IMG/VR virus record: IMGVR_UViG_3300022074_000239
DNA length: 30,489 nucleotides
Strand: one strand, 5' to 3'
Source: a virus
The notes under the pieces were generated by a model. That model saw only the letters and a list, made by a program, of their open reading frames with translations. It was not told where the DNA came from and did no database searches. Positions 1-9,264 of the stretch are shown here, in pieces; the stretch's first letter is position 1, and each line of letters starts with the position of its first letter. The position numbers were made by a program, and so were the translations under genes.

Positions 1-127
1 TTCGATTTCCATTATGCCTCCGAATACTCTATGTTGTTTTTAATATCTTTGAATAAAGACTTTGGTCTTCTTCTGTGGATCGTATTAAATAAAGATCCAG
101 TTCCTCTTTGCATTGATGCCAAGTTTG
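1..127. repeat. Terminal overlap copy 1 (identical to 30363-30489)
   Basis: Read directly: ttcgatttccattatgcctccgaatactc...gatgccaagtttg occurs at both ends. The repeat cuts through coding sequence. Confidence 0.95.
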
Positions 128-749
128 TGTTTTCTCCAAGCCACATTTTTAAACTCTCTGGAGCTGTGAACTTATGAAGTCTCACACGATCAGAGAAGAC
201 AAGTTTCATATGTGGTTGATTCTTCTTGAATACTGCTTTTGTGTCATTCATTTTTTCAAAAGCATAAGCAGAAGACAAAGCTCTTGGAATTTGTCCAATA
301 TTCAACACTGCTTCAATATTTCTGACTTGATCTAGTTCAGAAGTAGTCTCTGAGCTTTGAAGTCCCATTAAGTACATTTGAAGATCTACTTCAGCCAGAA
401 AAACATATGGGACAATATATTGAAACTGAGCTTTGCTTGGATCATACCAAGTCTCTTCTCCAGTGACATTGACTGTGTCAGCTGACCAGAGAAAGTTGTC
501 TCTGACATCATTTGAATGAGCTTCAAATCCATCAAATAAATAACGATCACTCACTTGATCAAAAATCCAAGTTGGACTGATCTCAAGATGAAAAGGGGAT
601 TTTATAATTCTGATTCTTGAGTTGTAGTCTGCAACAACTGGGCAAGGAGCAAGAACAGTTTGCTTTTCTGGATCTCTATAAATTGCCGATGGAGTTGATA
701 TGTTTGGATGGAGTGTCCAATATACATCAATGGATTTATTTTTCCTCAT
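12..749 (-). CDS. Hypothetical late protein (245 aa)
   Basis: Track ORF is 12-833. I move the start to ATG 749 (MRKNKSIDVYW...), which overlaps the upstream stop. Its TAA (12-14) overlaps the ATG of the DUF5675-like gene across the circular junction (TAATG). No domain recognised. Confidence 0.6.
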   Translation of the reverse strand: MRKNKSIDVYWTLHPNISTPSAIYRDPEKQTVLAPCPVVADYNSRIRIIKSPFHLEISPTWIFDQVSDRYLFDGFEAHSNDVRDNFLWSADTVNVTGEETWYDPSKAQFQYIVPYVFLAEVDLQMYLMGLQSSETTSELDQVRNIEAVLNIGQIPRALSSAYAFEKMNDTKAVFKKNQPHMKLVFSDRVRLHKFTAPESLKMWLGENTNLASMQRGTGSLFNTIHRRRPKSLFKDIKNNIEYSEA

Positions 750-1152
750 AGTTCTCCCACCACTCTGGAAGTGAGGGGAGTTGGTTTGATGAAAGATGTG
801 TTTGCACACCATCTGGATCAGCAACAGCATCATTGAAATTGTTCAATGTGTTTGTGATCCAATTGTCCATCTCTGTCCTCGTTCCGAAATAATACAATCC
901 ATTGTGAGCCACAACATTAATTGTGACTATCTGTTCACCGACTTCTTCTCCAGTTAGAACATTGATCCATTCTGGAACTGTCTCTTGAAATGAACATTCT
1001 TCAATTCTTATTGCTACCACTGGCAACTTTTGTTCACCTTGATAATCATCAGCTCTGTTATCGAGTATCGAATCAGAGTCATCAAATCCAAAATTGTGAA
1101 ACCAATTTCTGTGATTCTCATCCTCTGGATTCATATATGCTGTTAATGGCAT
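736..1152 (-). CDS. Hypothetical late protein (138 aa)
   Basis: Track ORF is 736-1272, but its N-terminal part is a frame shadow of the Gly-rich gene. ATG 1152 (MPLTAYMNPED...) follows GGAGGAGGA and overlaps the upstream TAA (TAATG). Confidence 0.6.
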   Translation of the reverse strand: MPLTAYMNPEDENHRNWFHNFGFDDSDSILDNRADDYQGEQKLPVVAIRIEECSFQETVPEWINVLTGEEVGEQIVTINVVAHNGLYYFGTRTEMDNWITNTLNNFNDAVADPDGVQTHLSSNQLPSLPEWWENYEEK

Positions 1153-2297
1153 TAATATCCTCCTCCAGTTAGTGTTCCTCCAGATCCAGCAGAAGATCCA
1201 GATCCTCGACCAGATCCAGTTGATCCACCAGCAGATGTGATTGATCCAGAGTTTGTGAAAGTACCATTGCAAGTTGCAATTAGTATTCCACCACCAGATC
1301 CACCTCCACCTCCACCAGAGAGTCTTCCAGTTCCACCAGTTTGTCCACCTCTTCCAGCAGAAGAAAGAGATCCACCAGATGCAACTGTGAGATTTCCAGA
1401 AGCATAGATCACAAGTGATCCACCAGTTCCAGTGTGACCACCATATCCAGCTCTCGAATCAGATGGATTATAAGAGTTATTTGATCCACCAGATCCTCCA
1501 CCATTTCCAGTTCCACCAGTTCCTCCAGCATCACCAGTCCAGTATGACCATTGAGTGTGTCCAGATGCTCCACCATTTCCACCTTGTCCAGCGTATGAAG
1601 TGGCGTTTCCACCACCTCCACCACCTCCTGAATAGTGGTTATAATATGCAACACCTCCAGATCCTCCTCCTCCAGATCCTCCAGAAGCTAAGTGTCCAAC
1701 AGCACCAGATCTTGATCCTCCATAAGATCCAGATCCACCTTGACCACCACCTCCAACAGTTAGAGCTGAAGCAGTAGATGATCCATTTGTATGTGCTGAA
1801 GCTGATCCAGTCATTGATATGACAGTTGATCCAGCAACTTCATTTGCTGATGAGTTCACAGCTAAGTTGCTAAGACCACCAGATTTATATCTTCCCTTGT
1901 TATAAGTTGAGATTGATCCATTGACAGTGAGATCACCATCAACAAATATATAAAATCCTTGAGTTGTGCCAGATGTTGTCAGAGTGAATCCAGCAGAGAT
2001 TGTCAGATCACCATTGATCCTAAGAAGAGCAAGTTTATCTCCAGAAGTTCCAATATTTCCAGCTCCGAATGTGTTGTTGCCATCATAGACAATAATGTTT
2101 GCATCGTATGTTGTGCCACCTACATTGATCCCATTTGACTCATAACCATTTCCAGTTGTGATGTCATAATTTGTATTGAATTGAGAAACTGGGATCTTCT
2201 TTAGATGCCAAAGCAGATCAGCTGAGACATTTGTCCCCTCATATTGTGCTTCGGCTAGTCCACCAATTAATCCAATTTTTGCAAAACCTATCGGCAT
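1152..2297 (-). CDS. Glycine-rich minor tail protein
   Basis: 381 aa with a GGAGGA RBS. The N-terminal ~140 aa look beta-rich (LTISAGFTLTT...GFYIFVDGDLTVNGSIS). Long Gly/Ser/Thr runs follow (GGGGQGGSGSYGG..., GGGGGGGNATSY...). Position after the fibre gene matches actinophage Gly-rich tail proteins. Confidence 0.7.
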   Translation of the reverse strand: MPIGFAKIGLIGGLAEAQYEGTNVSADLLWHLKKIPVSQFNTNYDITTGNGYESNGINVGGTTYDANIIVYDGNNTFGAGNIGTSGDKLALLRINGDLTISAGFTLTTSGTTQGFYIFVDGDLTVNGSISTYNKGRYKSGGLSNLAVNSSANEVAGSTVISMTGSASAHTNGSSTASALTVGGGGQGGSGSYGGSRSGAVGHLASGGSGGGGSGGVAYYNHYSGGGGGGGNATSYAGQGGNGGASGHTQWSYWTGDAGGTGGTGNGGGSGGSNNSYNPSDSRAGYGGHTGTGGSLVIYASGNLTVASGGSLSSAGRGGQTGGTGRLSGGGGGGSGGGILIATCNGTFTNSGSITSAGGSTGSGRGSGSSAGSGGTLTGGGY

Positions 2298-2308
2298 TTA
2301 AAATCCTC

Positions 2309-3757
2309 CTAAGACATTTTTAATTGTGAGAAGACATAATAATTTGTCCCATCAAAGACAACTGTGACAATATCGATTGCACTTGCATCAGTTGTCAAAG
2401 TTAGTCCACCAGCTCCAACAGTTTTGAAAGCTGTTGAGTTTATCTGTGTGGCATTCATTAATCTTGATCCAGTTCCATCTTGTTTGAGGATCACTGTGAT
2501 CGTTGTAGCTTTTCCAGATACTAAGTTGCTTATTGCCCAAGTTGTGACATTGTCATTGAGTGTTATATCAAAAACATTTCCATCTTGAACATCAAGAGTC
2601 AAAGTGTTTGATGTGAAAGAAGTTCCAGAATCAGATGTTGTTGCAACATCCTCTGCATAATCTTTTGCAACGAACTTTGTGATCTCTTTATCAGAGAAGT
2701 CTGTATCTCCTCTAATAGTTCCACCATCTACTGAGAAAGCTCCAGCTGTGAGTTGTGAATCTCCACCCATCCCAGCGTGGCTTGTGCAATAGACATAGAG
2801 TCTTTCTGGAGTATCAGCTTTGACTTCGATCTGTGTATAAGCTCCAGTTTGTCCAGCAGTTCCATTTGTTGTGACATTATCTGTGAACTCTGATCCAGAT
2901 GCGTGAGTTCCATCTTTTGTAGTTGAGAATCTTAATGGATGTCCAGAGTTTGAAGCATTGCTTTGATCAAATCTGTATTTGAAGCCAGTAGTCAAGTTGA
3001 TCACTTGATCTTGTGCTCCCTCAAAGAAATATTCGTTTTGTGATCCAGATCCATTATCTGCAACAGTGACAGCAATGTCAGTTCTGATTGCAGTCGTTCC
3101 AGCTGTGATGTTATCAAGTGCAGTTTGAGTTGCACTAGATATTGGAAGATCGTTCAATGTGATCTTCTTCTTTGCATTTGAATCAGTCACATCAGAGATC
3201 AACATTTCATCAGCTGTTTGTGGAGTGACTGAGCTTGATCCATTGATGTCCACTTCAAGAGTGACATCTCCAGAAGTAGCTCCTCCAGATAAACCAGATC
3301 CAGCATTTGTGATGATTGCAGTTATGTCTCCGAGTGCAACAATATCACTGATCAGAGCTTTCTTTGTGCTGTTGTCTGTGACATCGTGTAGAACTATATA
3401 ATCCGAAGATGAAGCTGTGACAACAGACAAGTTGTTTGCATCCATCAACAATGTTGAAGTGAATGCTCCAGAAGTTGCAGTTGATCCACCAGACAAACCA
3501 GAGTTTGTTGCAGTTGTGATTGTGACAGCTGTGATGTCTGCTCCACCGAGCAGTGCTACCCAAGAAGTCGAGTCTGCATCATATCGATAATATGACTCTG
3601 TGTCTTGAGCAAAAGCAATCTGTCCATCCACAGCTGAAGTGATGTTGTTTTGGATTGCTGTTAGGTTAGCAAATGAATAAACTGCTGAATTGACTAGCTC
3701 TTGAAAGACAGTCGCATCAATCAGATCACCAGTTGCCCAATTTGATTTGTATGCCAT
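2309..3757 (-). CDS. Tail fibre / receptor-binding protein with internal repeat
   Basis: 482 aa with an AGGAG RBS. Two ~60-aa repeat units are present (DITAVTITTATNSGLSGG...HDVTDNSTKKALISDI and DITAIITNAGSGLSGG...SDVTDSNAKKKITLNDL). Lies downstream of the minor tail gene. Confidence 0.7.
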   Translation of the reverse strand: MAYKSNWATGDLIDATVFQELVNSAVYSFANLTAIQNNITSAVDGQIAFAQDTESYYRYDADSTSWVALLGGADITAVTITTATNSGLSGGSTATSGAFTSTLLMDANNLSVVTASSSDYIVLHDVTDNSTKKALISDIVALGDITAIITNAGSGLSGGATSGDVTLEVDINGSSSVTPQTADEMLISDVTDSNAKKKITLNDLPISSATQTALDNITAGTTAIRTDIAVTVADNGSGSQNEYFFEGAQDQVINLTTGFKYRFDQSNASNSGHPLRFSTTKDGTHASGSEFTDNVTTNGTAGQTGAYTQIEVKADTPERLYVYCTSHAGMGGDSQLTAGAFSVDGGTIRGDTDFSDKEITKFVAKDYAEDVATTSDSGTSFTSNTLTLDVQDGNVFDITLNDNVTTWAISNLVSGKATTITVILKQDGTGSRLMNATQINSTAFKTVGAGGLTLTTDASAIDIVTVVFDGTNYYVFSQLKMS

Positions 3758-3776
3758 TGAATAATTCTCCTAATAT

Positions 3777-5024
3777 CTACCAAGCAAGGTTTGTTGATTG
3801 TCCAAGTTTTCCAGATCCTAAGATCCACGCACCAACTTCTGATCCAGCAGATGTGGACAAGCTATATGTCCAAGTCTGGTTTATAGCATTAATCTGCTGA
3901 GATATTTTCTCAATGTGAACATCAAATTCCATTGTTGTTGATGCTGGAGTTGGGATCTTGATTGTGATCTTATCTCCAAGCTCTCTGTTTAGAACTTGAG
4001 CCCATATGTTTGAATCGGCTATTGGATTAATAATTAATCCCTCGATCCTTGAAGTTGTCCCTTTGAAACTTGCAAGTCTTTGTTCAGCAATAGCGAGAGC
4101 ATCTGAATCAGAGACATTCAATGTCCCAGTCAATGAGTTCTCTCTTGCACCGAACTCTGCAATTGATGAATCATTTGCAAGTCTTTGCTCTGATCCACCA
4201 TCTCTTGTCACAGATACAATGTTCACGATCCTTGAGTCATCAAGTGTTGTGATCACATCTGAAAAGGGGAGTTCTCCAACTCCATTCCCAAAAGTTGCTT
4301 GAGAAGTGAATTGTTGTCCTCTTTTATAATTTCGATCTCTGAATACAACATCACCATCTGCTCCAATAAAGAACTGACCTTGTTCTGCTGTCTCGACATC
4401 TTTTAATGCAGTCAGCAAGTTTGTCTCTAAAGACACACCAGCTTTGACTTGTAGATCACCAGTTGAAATATCTCTTTGTGTAGAGCTCCAGCCAAAAGCA
4501 TTGAGGAGTCTTGTGATCCTTGCTGATGACAATTCTTGTGCATCTACATAACCAAGTCGAGTTGATTGACCTATGTTAGAAAAACCACTTTGTCCAAGAT
4601 TCCAACCTCTTGATCCGATTGTGTTTAGATTAAAGATCTTAAAAGCATCAACACAAACAATTCTGACACTTGAATCTGCACCTTGACCACCAAAGGATTC
4701 TGGATAGCTTTGTATAAATCCACGATATAGAACTTTCGTTGATCCAGAATAAGTTGCACTGATCTTGATCTGTTTGAAAGGTTTTATATTTGGATAATAA
4801 GCTGATGAAGTATTCAGTGGATTAAATCTGTCATCTATGTTGTTCACAAGTACAGTTGCAACACCAGTTTGAAATTCATCAAGATCGTGTTGTCTTCCTC
4901 TATCAATACTGATCTCACGAACATATGAAGATATATCAGTGAATGTTTGTGATGAGTCGAATGGATCTGATGCAAACCCTACTTCAACAGTCAAATCAAT
5001 ATCACTGTTGAATGCTACGCTCAC
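3777..5024 (-). CDS. Minor tail protein (distal tail-like)
   Basis: 415 aa. GTG start overlaps the TMP stop (GTGA). It is the first gene after the tape measure, the canonical Dit position. Confidence 0.65.
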   Translation of the reverse strand: MSVAFNSDIDLTVEVGFASDPFDSSQTFTDISSYVREISIDRGRQHDLDEFQTGVATVLVNNIDDRFNPLNTSSAYYPNIKPFKQIKISATYSGSTKVLYRGFIQSYPESFGGQGADSSVRIVCVDAFKIFNLNTIGSRGWNLGQSGFSNIGQSTRLGYVDAQELSSARITRLLNAFGWSSTQRDISTGDLQVKAGVSLETNLLTALKDVETAEQGQFFIGADGDVVFRDRNYKRGQQFTSQATFGNGVGELPFSDVITTLDDSRIVNIVSVTRDGGSEQRLANDSSIAEFGARENSLTGTLNVSDSDALAIAEQRLASFKGTTSRIEGLIINPIADSNIWAQVLNRELGDKITIKIPTPASTTMEFDVHIEKISQQINAINQTWTYSLSTSAGSEVGAWILGSGKLGQSTNLAW

Positions 5025-7186
5025 AAAAGCACCTTCTTCCCTTGCTTCTGCAAACTGATCAAAGCATCTTGTGTCACAGTTTCAAATTTCTCGTGTCCAA
5101 TGTTTAATGTTGTGAAAATCTTTATTGGTTGAGCAGATCCACCAGCTGATCCACCTCCAGATCCACCTCCACCTCCATCTCCATTTGATTCAGCAAAGGA
5201 TGGAGCTTCGACAATTTCTGGATTTGCACCAGAGCTGTCTGGCACAGTGAAAGCATCTTCAGTCAATCCAGCATTCTTGAATGCGTTCTCAATCTCTGAA
5301 ATCTTTCTACCAGTTAGCTTTGCAATCTCTTCAAGAGTTTGTTTAAAAGTTTCACCCTCAAATGATCCAAATGCTTTCTCTAATTCTTTAACAGCAAGAG
5401 CTTCAGTCAATAAACTTTCAGCAGAGACCTTTGTTGCTTCAGCAAGATCTTTCTTTGCTTGGATCTGTTCTTCACGAGCTTTCTTCTGATCCTCAATAGC
5501 TTCTTTGAGATCTTCTTCAGCTTTCTCGACTTTCTTTAAGAAATCGAAATGTATTTGATCAACTTCTGTTGCTTGAGAGGTAGCTTCAGCCAACTCTCTC
5601 TTTGCAATAATAAGTTCAAGCTCTTTCTCTCTTGATCCATCTTGTGCATCAGTTAGCTCATTGACAGCTTCTTGAAGTTTTAATATCTGGAGCTCTTCTT
5701 CTTCTGAAACTAGAGTCCCAATTTTTTGAGTCTTGGTTGCCATATCTTGCATTTTTGCAAGATGTTGTTGAGCTTTAGCAACACCAATGTTTGCTTCTTC
5801 TAGCTCACCAGTAGCTTCATCAAGTCTCTCTTGTTCTCGTTTTCCTCTTTCTTGAATACCAGTCAAAGTTTTGATTGATGAAAGAGCAGACTTAATTGAT
5901 TTAGTGTATTTGTCGAACTCAACTGCACCATATTGGAGTTCATCAGAATTGTCTTCGATTGAGTCTGTGTTATCTTCGATCTCATCAGTCAGATCTTCTG
6001 TGGCTTCAGTTAGATCCTCAGCTCCCTCAGTATTTTTTCTATATTGAGCAGATCGTTCTTCTCTTCTTCGATTGGCTTTCTTTTCAGCTTCATTCTCAGC
6101 TCTAATGCCATTTGCAATGTCATTGAGTGAATCGAGGAATCCAGCTCCATCTTCTCCAAGCTGTTTAAATATCTTGGACAAGATCTTGTTGTTTTTTATA
6201 AATTCTATAACTCGTTTAATTGCTTCACCAACAATCACACCGATGTCTTTGAATGCTTGAAATCCTCTTTGTAGTCCACGAAGAATGTCATCACCAAATT
6301 CAGCCATAAATTCTCTGACAGCTTTAACACCATTCTGGAACATTTCAACAAGTCTTGGAAGAACTTTCTCTGCTAGATCAGAAATCACTGGAAGCAACTC
6401 TGCCACTGTCGGCATAAGAGCTTCACCCATTTCTGTTGCAGTTTCACGAAGTTCAGCTTTTAATCTTCTTTGAGTGTTAGCAAAACCATCAGATGTTCTA
6501 TCAAGATCACCAATTGCATCAGCAGATTGTTCTCTGATCAACTGAAGTGTTGCTTCAGCTTTCTCCATCTTTGTGAGTTCAGAGACAGCATTCTTGTTTG
6601 TCATTGTCAGAGCTTTTTGTTGAACATCGGTCTCTTTGATGATCACGCCAACTCCCTTTAATGCTTCCCTCTCGCCTGTTAAAGCAGAAGTGATTGCACG
6701 AAGAACTTGTTCTGGATCTTTATTTCTAAGAGATCCAATATCACCAGATAATTCAGCAACTTGTTTTGAGAACTCTGCTGAAGCATCAGCTGATGCTCCC
6801 ATACCATTAACAACTCCACCAGTGAATGAAAGTAGTTCTTGAAGTTCTGCTGTTGTGAATCCAGCTTTTGTAGAGAATGAATCGACAAACTTGTTCAGTT
6901 CATCAGATGCAGATTTAAAAGTCACGCCAAAAGCGTTTGCACTTTCTTCACTATCAGATGCAAGATCAATCAATTTTTTAGATGCAAAACCTACTGATCC
7001 AGCCATTGCAGTTCCTAGAACTCCAACAGTTTTCAATCCACCACCCAGAGCTTTCAATCCAGACTTTGCTGTGTCACCAGCTCCACCAAGTTTTTGAAAT
7101 TGTCTGATTGCTCTTTTCTGTCCAGCTTCAAGCTGTTCAGTGTTCAGAGCAAGATTGACATTGATTTGTGAGCCACCTCGTGCCAT
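5021..7186 (-). CDS. Tape measure protein
   Basis: 721 aa. Gly/Ala-rich N-terminus, long charged coiled-coil centre, poly-Gly near the C-terminus. Lies immediately after the G/GT chaperone pair. Confidence 0.9.
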   Translation of the reverse strand: MARGGSQINVNLALNTEQLEAGQKRAIRQFQKLGGAGDTAKSGLKALGGGLKTVGVLGTAMAGSVGFASKKLIDLASDSEESANAFGVTFKSASDELNKFVDSFSTKAGFTTAELQELLSFTGGVVNGMGASADASAEFSKQVAELSGDIGSLRNKDPEQVLRAITSALTGEREALKGVGVIIKETDVQQKALTMTNKNAVSELTKMEKAEATLQLIREQSADAIGDLDRTSDGFANTQRRLKAELRETATEMGEALMPTVAELLPVISDLAEKVLPRLVEMFQNGVKAVREFMAEFGDDILRGLQRGFQAFKDIGVIVGEAIKRVIEFIKNNKILSKIFKQLGEDGAGFLDSLNDIANGIRAENEAEKKANRRREERSAQYRKNTEGAEDLTEATEDLTDEIEDNTDSIEDNSDELQYGAVEFDKYTKSIKSALSSIKTLTGIQERGKREQERLDEATGELEEANIGVAKAQQHLAKMQDMATKTQKIGTLVSEEEELQILKLQEAVNELTDAQDGSREKELELIIAKRELAEATSQATEVDQIHFDFLKKVEKAEEDLKEAIEDQKKAREEQIQAKKDLAEATKVSAESLLTEALAVKELEKAFGSFEGETFKQTLEEIAKLTGRKISEIENAFKNAGLTEDAFTVPDSSGANPEIVEAPSFAESNGDGGGGGSGGGSAGGSAQPIKIFTTLNIGHEKFETVTQDALISLQKQGKKVLL

Positions 7187-7616
7187 TATCTATTCCCTAT
7201 ATATTCCGAGAGCTGATCAAGATATTCATTGATCTCTCCATATGTGAGTTTTTCTAAATCCCAAGCATTGATTCCAAAGAAGTGACTGAGAGCTGGAAGA
7301 TGCTTCCTATAAGCTCTCCTTAGTCTTTTGGGATTTCTTGATCCAGTTCATCTTCAGTTGTGATCGAATCAATTGTGAGTTTGCCTAATATGTTTTCATA
7401 TTTGACATTTTTGTCTTCTCGCTTTGCAAGAATATAGACAACTGAAGCAAGAGCTTCAAAGTCCATCATTGATGTTTGAGCTATCACTTCCATTGAGTTG
7501 AGACCAGTTAGTTTTTTGATCTCTCTCCATTCGATTCCAGTTATGTCTGAATAATCAAGAAGATATTGTTCATCTTCTATCACGACAACTGGAAGATTTG
7601 ATTTTTCTTCAGCCAT
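7186..7616 (-). CDS. Tail assembly chaperone GT-like fusion via -1 frameshift
   Basis: The -1 frame after C_CCA_AAA stays open for 46 codons (RLRRAYRKHLPALSHFFGINAWDLEKLTYGEINEYLDQLSEYIGNR*). It ends in a TAA that overlaps the TMP ATG (TAATG). Confidence 0.75.
7320..7616 (-). CDS. Tail assembly chaperone (G-like)
   Basis: 98-aa acidic protein directly upstream of the TMP. It ends ...QEIPKD*, with the slippery heptamer in its last codons. Confidence 0.8.
   Translation of the reverse strand: MAEEKSNLPVVVIEDEQYLLDYSDITGIEWREIKKLTGLNSMEVIAQTSMMDFEALASVVYILAKREDKNVKYENILGKLTIDSITTEDELDQEIPKD
7326..7332 (-). promoter_or_regulatory. -1 programmed frameshift slippery heptamer C_CCA_AAA
   Basis: Minus strand reads ATC CCA AAA GAC TAA. 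The X_XXY_YYZ pattern sits in the zero frame two codons before the G stop. Confidence 0.75.
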
Positions 7617-7627
7617 TTGTCCTCTTC

Positions 7628-8125
7628 TTATTTTTTCTCTGTGTCTGCATAAAAACCATATAAGTTTTTGATCAGACCATTTAGTTGTTTGACATAGTCT
7701 CTTTGTATCTCTGGCAGTCTCTTCCTAACAGATGGGAATATGAAATATCCCTCTGGTCTAATAGGTTTATAGAGTCTCCTCACTCTGCCACCGACACGAG
7801 AATATGGATTATATCCACCGAACTCAACGAGTCTTGCATATCGAACTTTCTTGTTGTAGCCAACACGAAATGATGCACCTTGTTTTGTTCTTGTTGCTCT
7901 AACAGATCCAGCAAGAGCTCCAGTATCTACTGGAATCCTTGATCTGACATCTTTTGCAACTTTCTCTGCAAAACCTTTGTTGAAATCTTTGTAGAGATCA
8001 ACTGCATTTTTGCCCAAGAGCTCCACGAGTCTGATTTGGTTGGCAATATCCACGCCACTGACTTCGATTAGAGCTCCGAGACCTTTGATCTGTCTCTTCA
8101 GAGATTTTTTTCTTTGTCGAGACAT
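7628..8125 (-). CDS. HK97 gp10-family head-tail/tail completion protein
   Basis: 165 aa with the motif ...RIPVDTGALAGSVRATR...VRYARLVEFGG..., typical of the gp10 family. Confidence 0.65.
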   Translation of the reverse strand: MSRQRKKSLKRQIKGLGALIEVSGVDIANQIRLVELLGKNAVDLYKDFNKGFAEKVAKDVRSRIPVDTGALAGSVRATRTKQGASFRVGYNKKVRYARLVEFGGYNPYSRVGGRVRRLYKPIRPEGYFIFPSVRKRLPEIQRDYVKQLNGLIKNLYGFYADTEKK

Positions 8126-8132
8126 TATTGTT

Positions 8133-8522
8133 TTAGACAGTCCCTCGTGTCACTGCACCTGTCACGATTAAAGAAAAACTGAAAGAAATTTTGTCAGTTG
8201 CACTTGAATCGATTGTGTAGTTTGTCACGAAAGCATTTCCAGTGTATTTTGGTTGAGATGATGTATTGTCTGGTCTGTATTCAAAAGCTACTTGTGAGCC
8301 ATCGAATAGTCCAGCCATAGTTCCATCATTTGTTGCATCCCAAGATCCAGATCCAGAGATTGACAAACCCTCAACACCTACAACGAAAGTTGCTTGGTCT
8401 GAGCCAAAACTTGTGGTCTCAAGAGTGTTCACATCTCTTGAAAGAGATAGAGAATCAACATAAGATGAAATATCAGTCCCATCAACACTAAAGAACGAAT
8501 CTTTTCCTGATTTGAAAGCCAT
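8133..8522 (-). CDS. Major tail (tube) protein, TP901-1/phi13-like
   Basis: 129 aa with GKDSFFSVDG.DISSY...SLSRDVNTLETTSFGS...SISGSG...NYTIDSS...SFSFSL..TG. This is a typical small tail-tube pattern. Confidence 0.7.
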   Translation of the reverse strand: MAFKSGKDSFFSVDGTDISSYVDSLSLSRDVNTLETTSFGSDQATFVVGVEGLSISGSGSWDATNDGTMAGLFDGSQVAFEYRPDNTSSQPKYTGNAFVTNYTIDSSATDKISFSFSLIVTGAVTRGTV

Positions 8523-8546
8523 TTTTATTTCTCCTAAATTAAACGA

Positions 8547-9263
8547 TTATTTTAGATTATGAGCATAACCAACTGAAAAGGTTGCAGATCCACCAGTCAC
8601 AGTGATAACCAGTCGAACATATCGATTGACTGTGTTAGTAGTTGCAATTCTTTGAGTTGTTGCTCCTGTTATAGTTGTGAAACTAAATCCAGAGACATCA
8701 GCAAAACTTGAGTTGTCTGCTGAAGACTGGATCTTCACGCTAATGTTTGCAGAGCTGTGAGCTGTGCAATGAATGTGTGCTTGTCCTCCTAATGTAGAAC
8801 TCGCACCAAGATCAACAGCAGTTGTGTTTGCTGTTGCACTTGTATTGGTTAGAGCATAAAGACTCTTCCCATTTCCAAAGTTGTCACCAGTGAAAGTTGC
8901 CGAGATCCCAACTGGATCTTGAACACTTGAATCAATAGTGTAGTTTTGGATCTTTGAGTTCAATAGAATAACTTTATTCCCAGCAGTGTCTCCACCTTGA
9001 TAAATAGAAAGGGGAGTATCAGTTGCAGATCCAATGACAGCTTGTAGCTCTTCATCTACTGCATCACTCCCACCATCATAAAAACCAGATAGAGATGCTG
9101 ATGCAGTTTCTATTGATCCAATATATGTTGCTTGGTTTGATCCAAAGACTGTTGTCTCACTGACAGCTTGTTCTCTTGAAAAACTTGCTGAGTTGAAATA
9201 ACTTGTCAGATCATATGCACCAAACAAAACTTTGTTGTCTTTTCCAGCTAAAAATGTAGGCAT
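8547..9263 (-). CDS. Tail tube paralogue with ~110-aa C-terminal extension
   Basis: 238 aa. The N-terminal ~125 aa align with the 129-aa protein (GKD..., SY, SFSR, ETTVFGSNQAT, SLSG, NYTIDSS). Confidence 0.65.
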   Translation of the reverse strand: MPTFLAGKDNKVLFGAYDLTSYFNSASFSREQAVSETTVFGSNQATYIGSIETASASLSGFYDGGSDAVDEELQAVIGSATDTPLSIYQGGDTAGNKVILLNSKIQNYTIDSSVQDPVGISATFTGDNFGNGKSLYALTNTSATANTTAVDLGASSTLGGQAHIHCTAHSSANISVKIQSSADNSSFADVSGFSFTTITGATTQRIATTNTVNRYVRLVITVTGGSATFSVGYAHNLK

Positions 9264-9264
9264 A

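Noticed and set aside
1-127. The 127-bp repeat as a biological direct terminal repeat.
   Set aside because: It bisects coupled genes, is short, has the length of an assembler k-mer, and the packaging genes are of the cos/HNH type.
990-1777. Overlapping or antisense ORFs in the track (990-1172 +, 1409-1654 -, 1415-1777 +). Similar shadow ORFs occur throughout, for example at 2364-2588, 3159-3401, 4006-4302, 5247-7097, 16283-16952 and 29808-30296.
   Set aside because: They lie wholly inside longer RBS-preceded genes with recognisable products. They have no RBS, give low-complexity or hydrophobic nonsense translations, and several arise from the Gly-rich repeat DNA.
2309-3757. Possible diversity-generating retroelement targeting the tail fibre, because of its internal repeats.
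   Set aside because: There is no reverse transcriptase and no template/variable repeat pair. The two units are diverged protein-domain duplicates, not adenine-specific variants.
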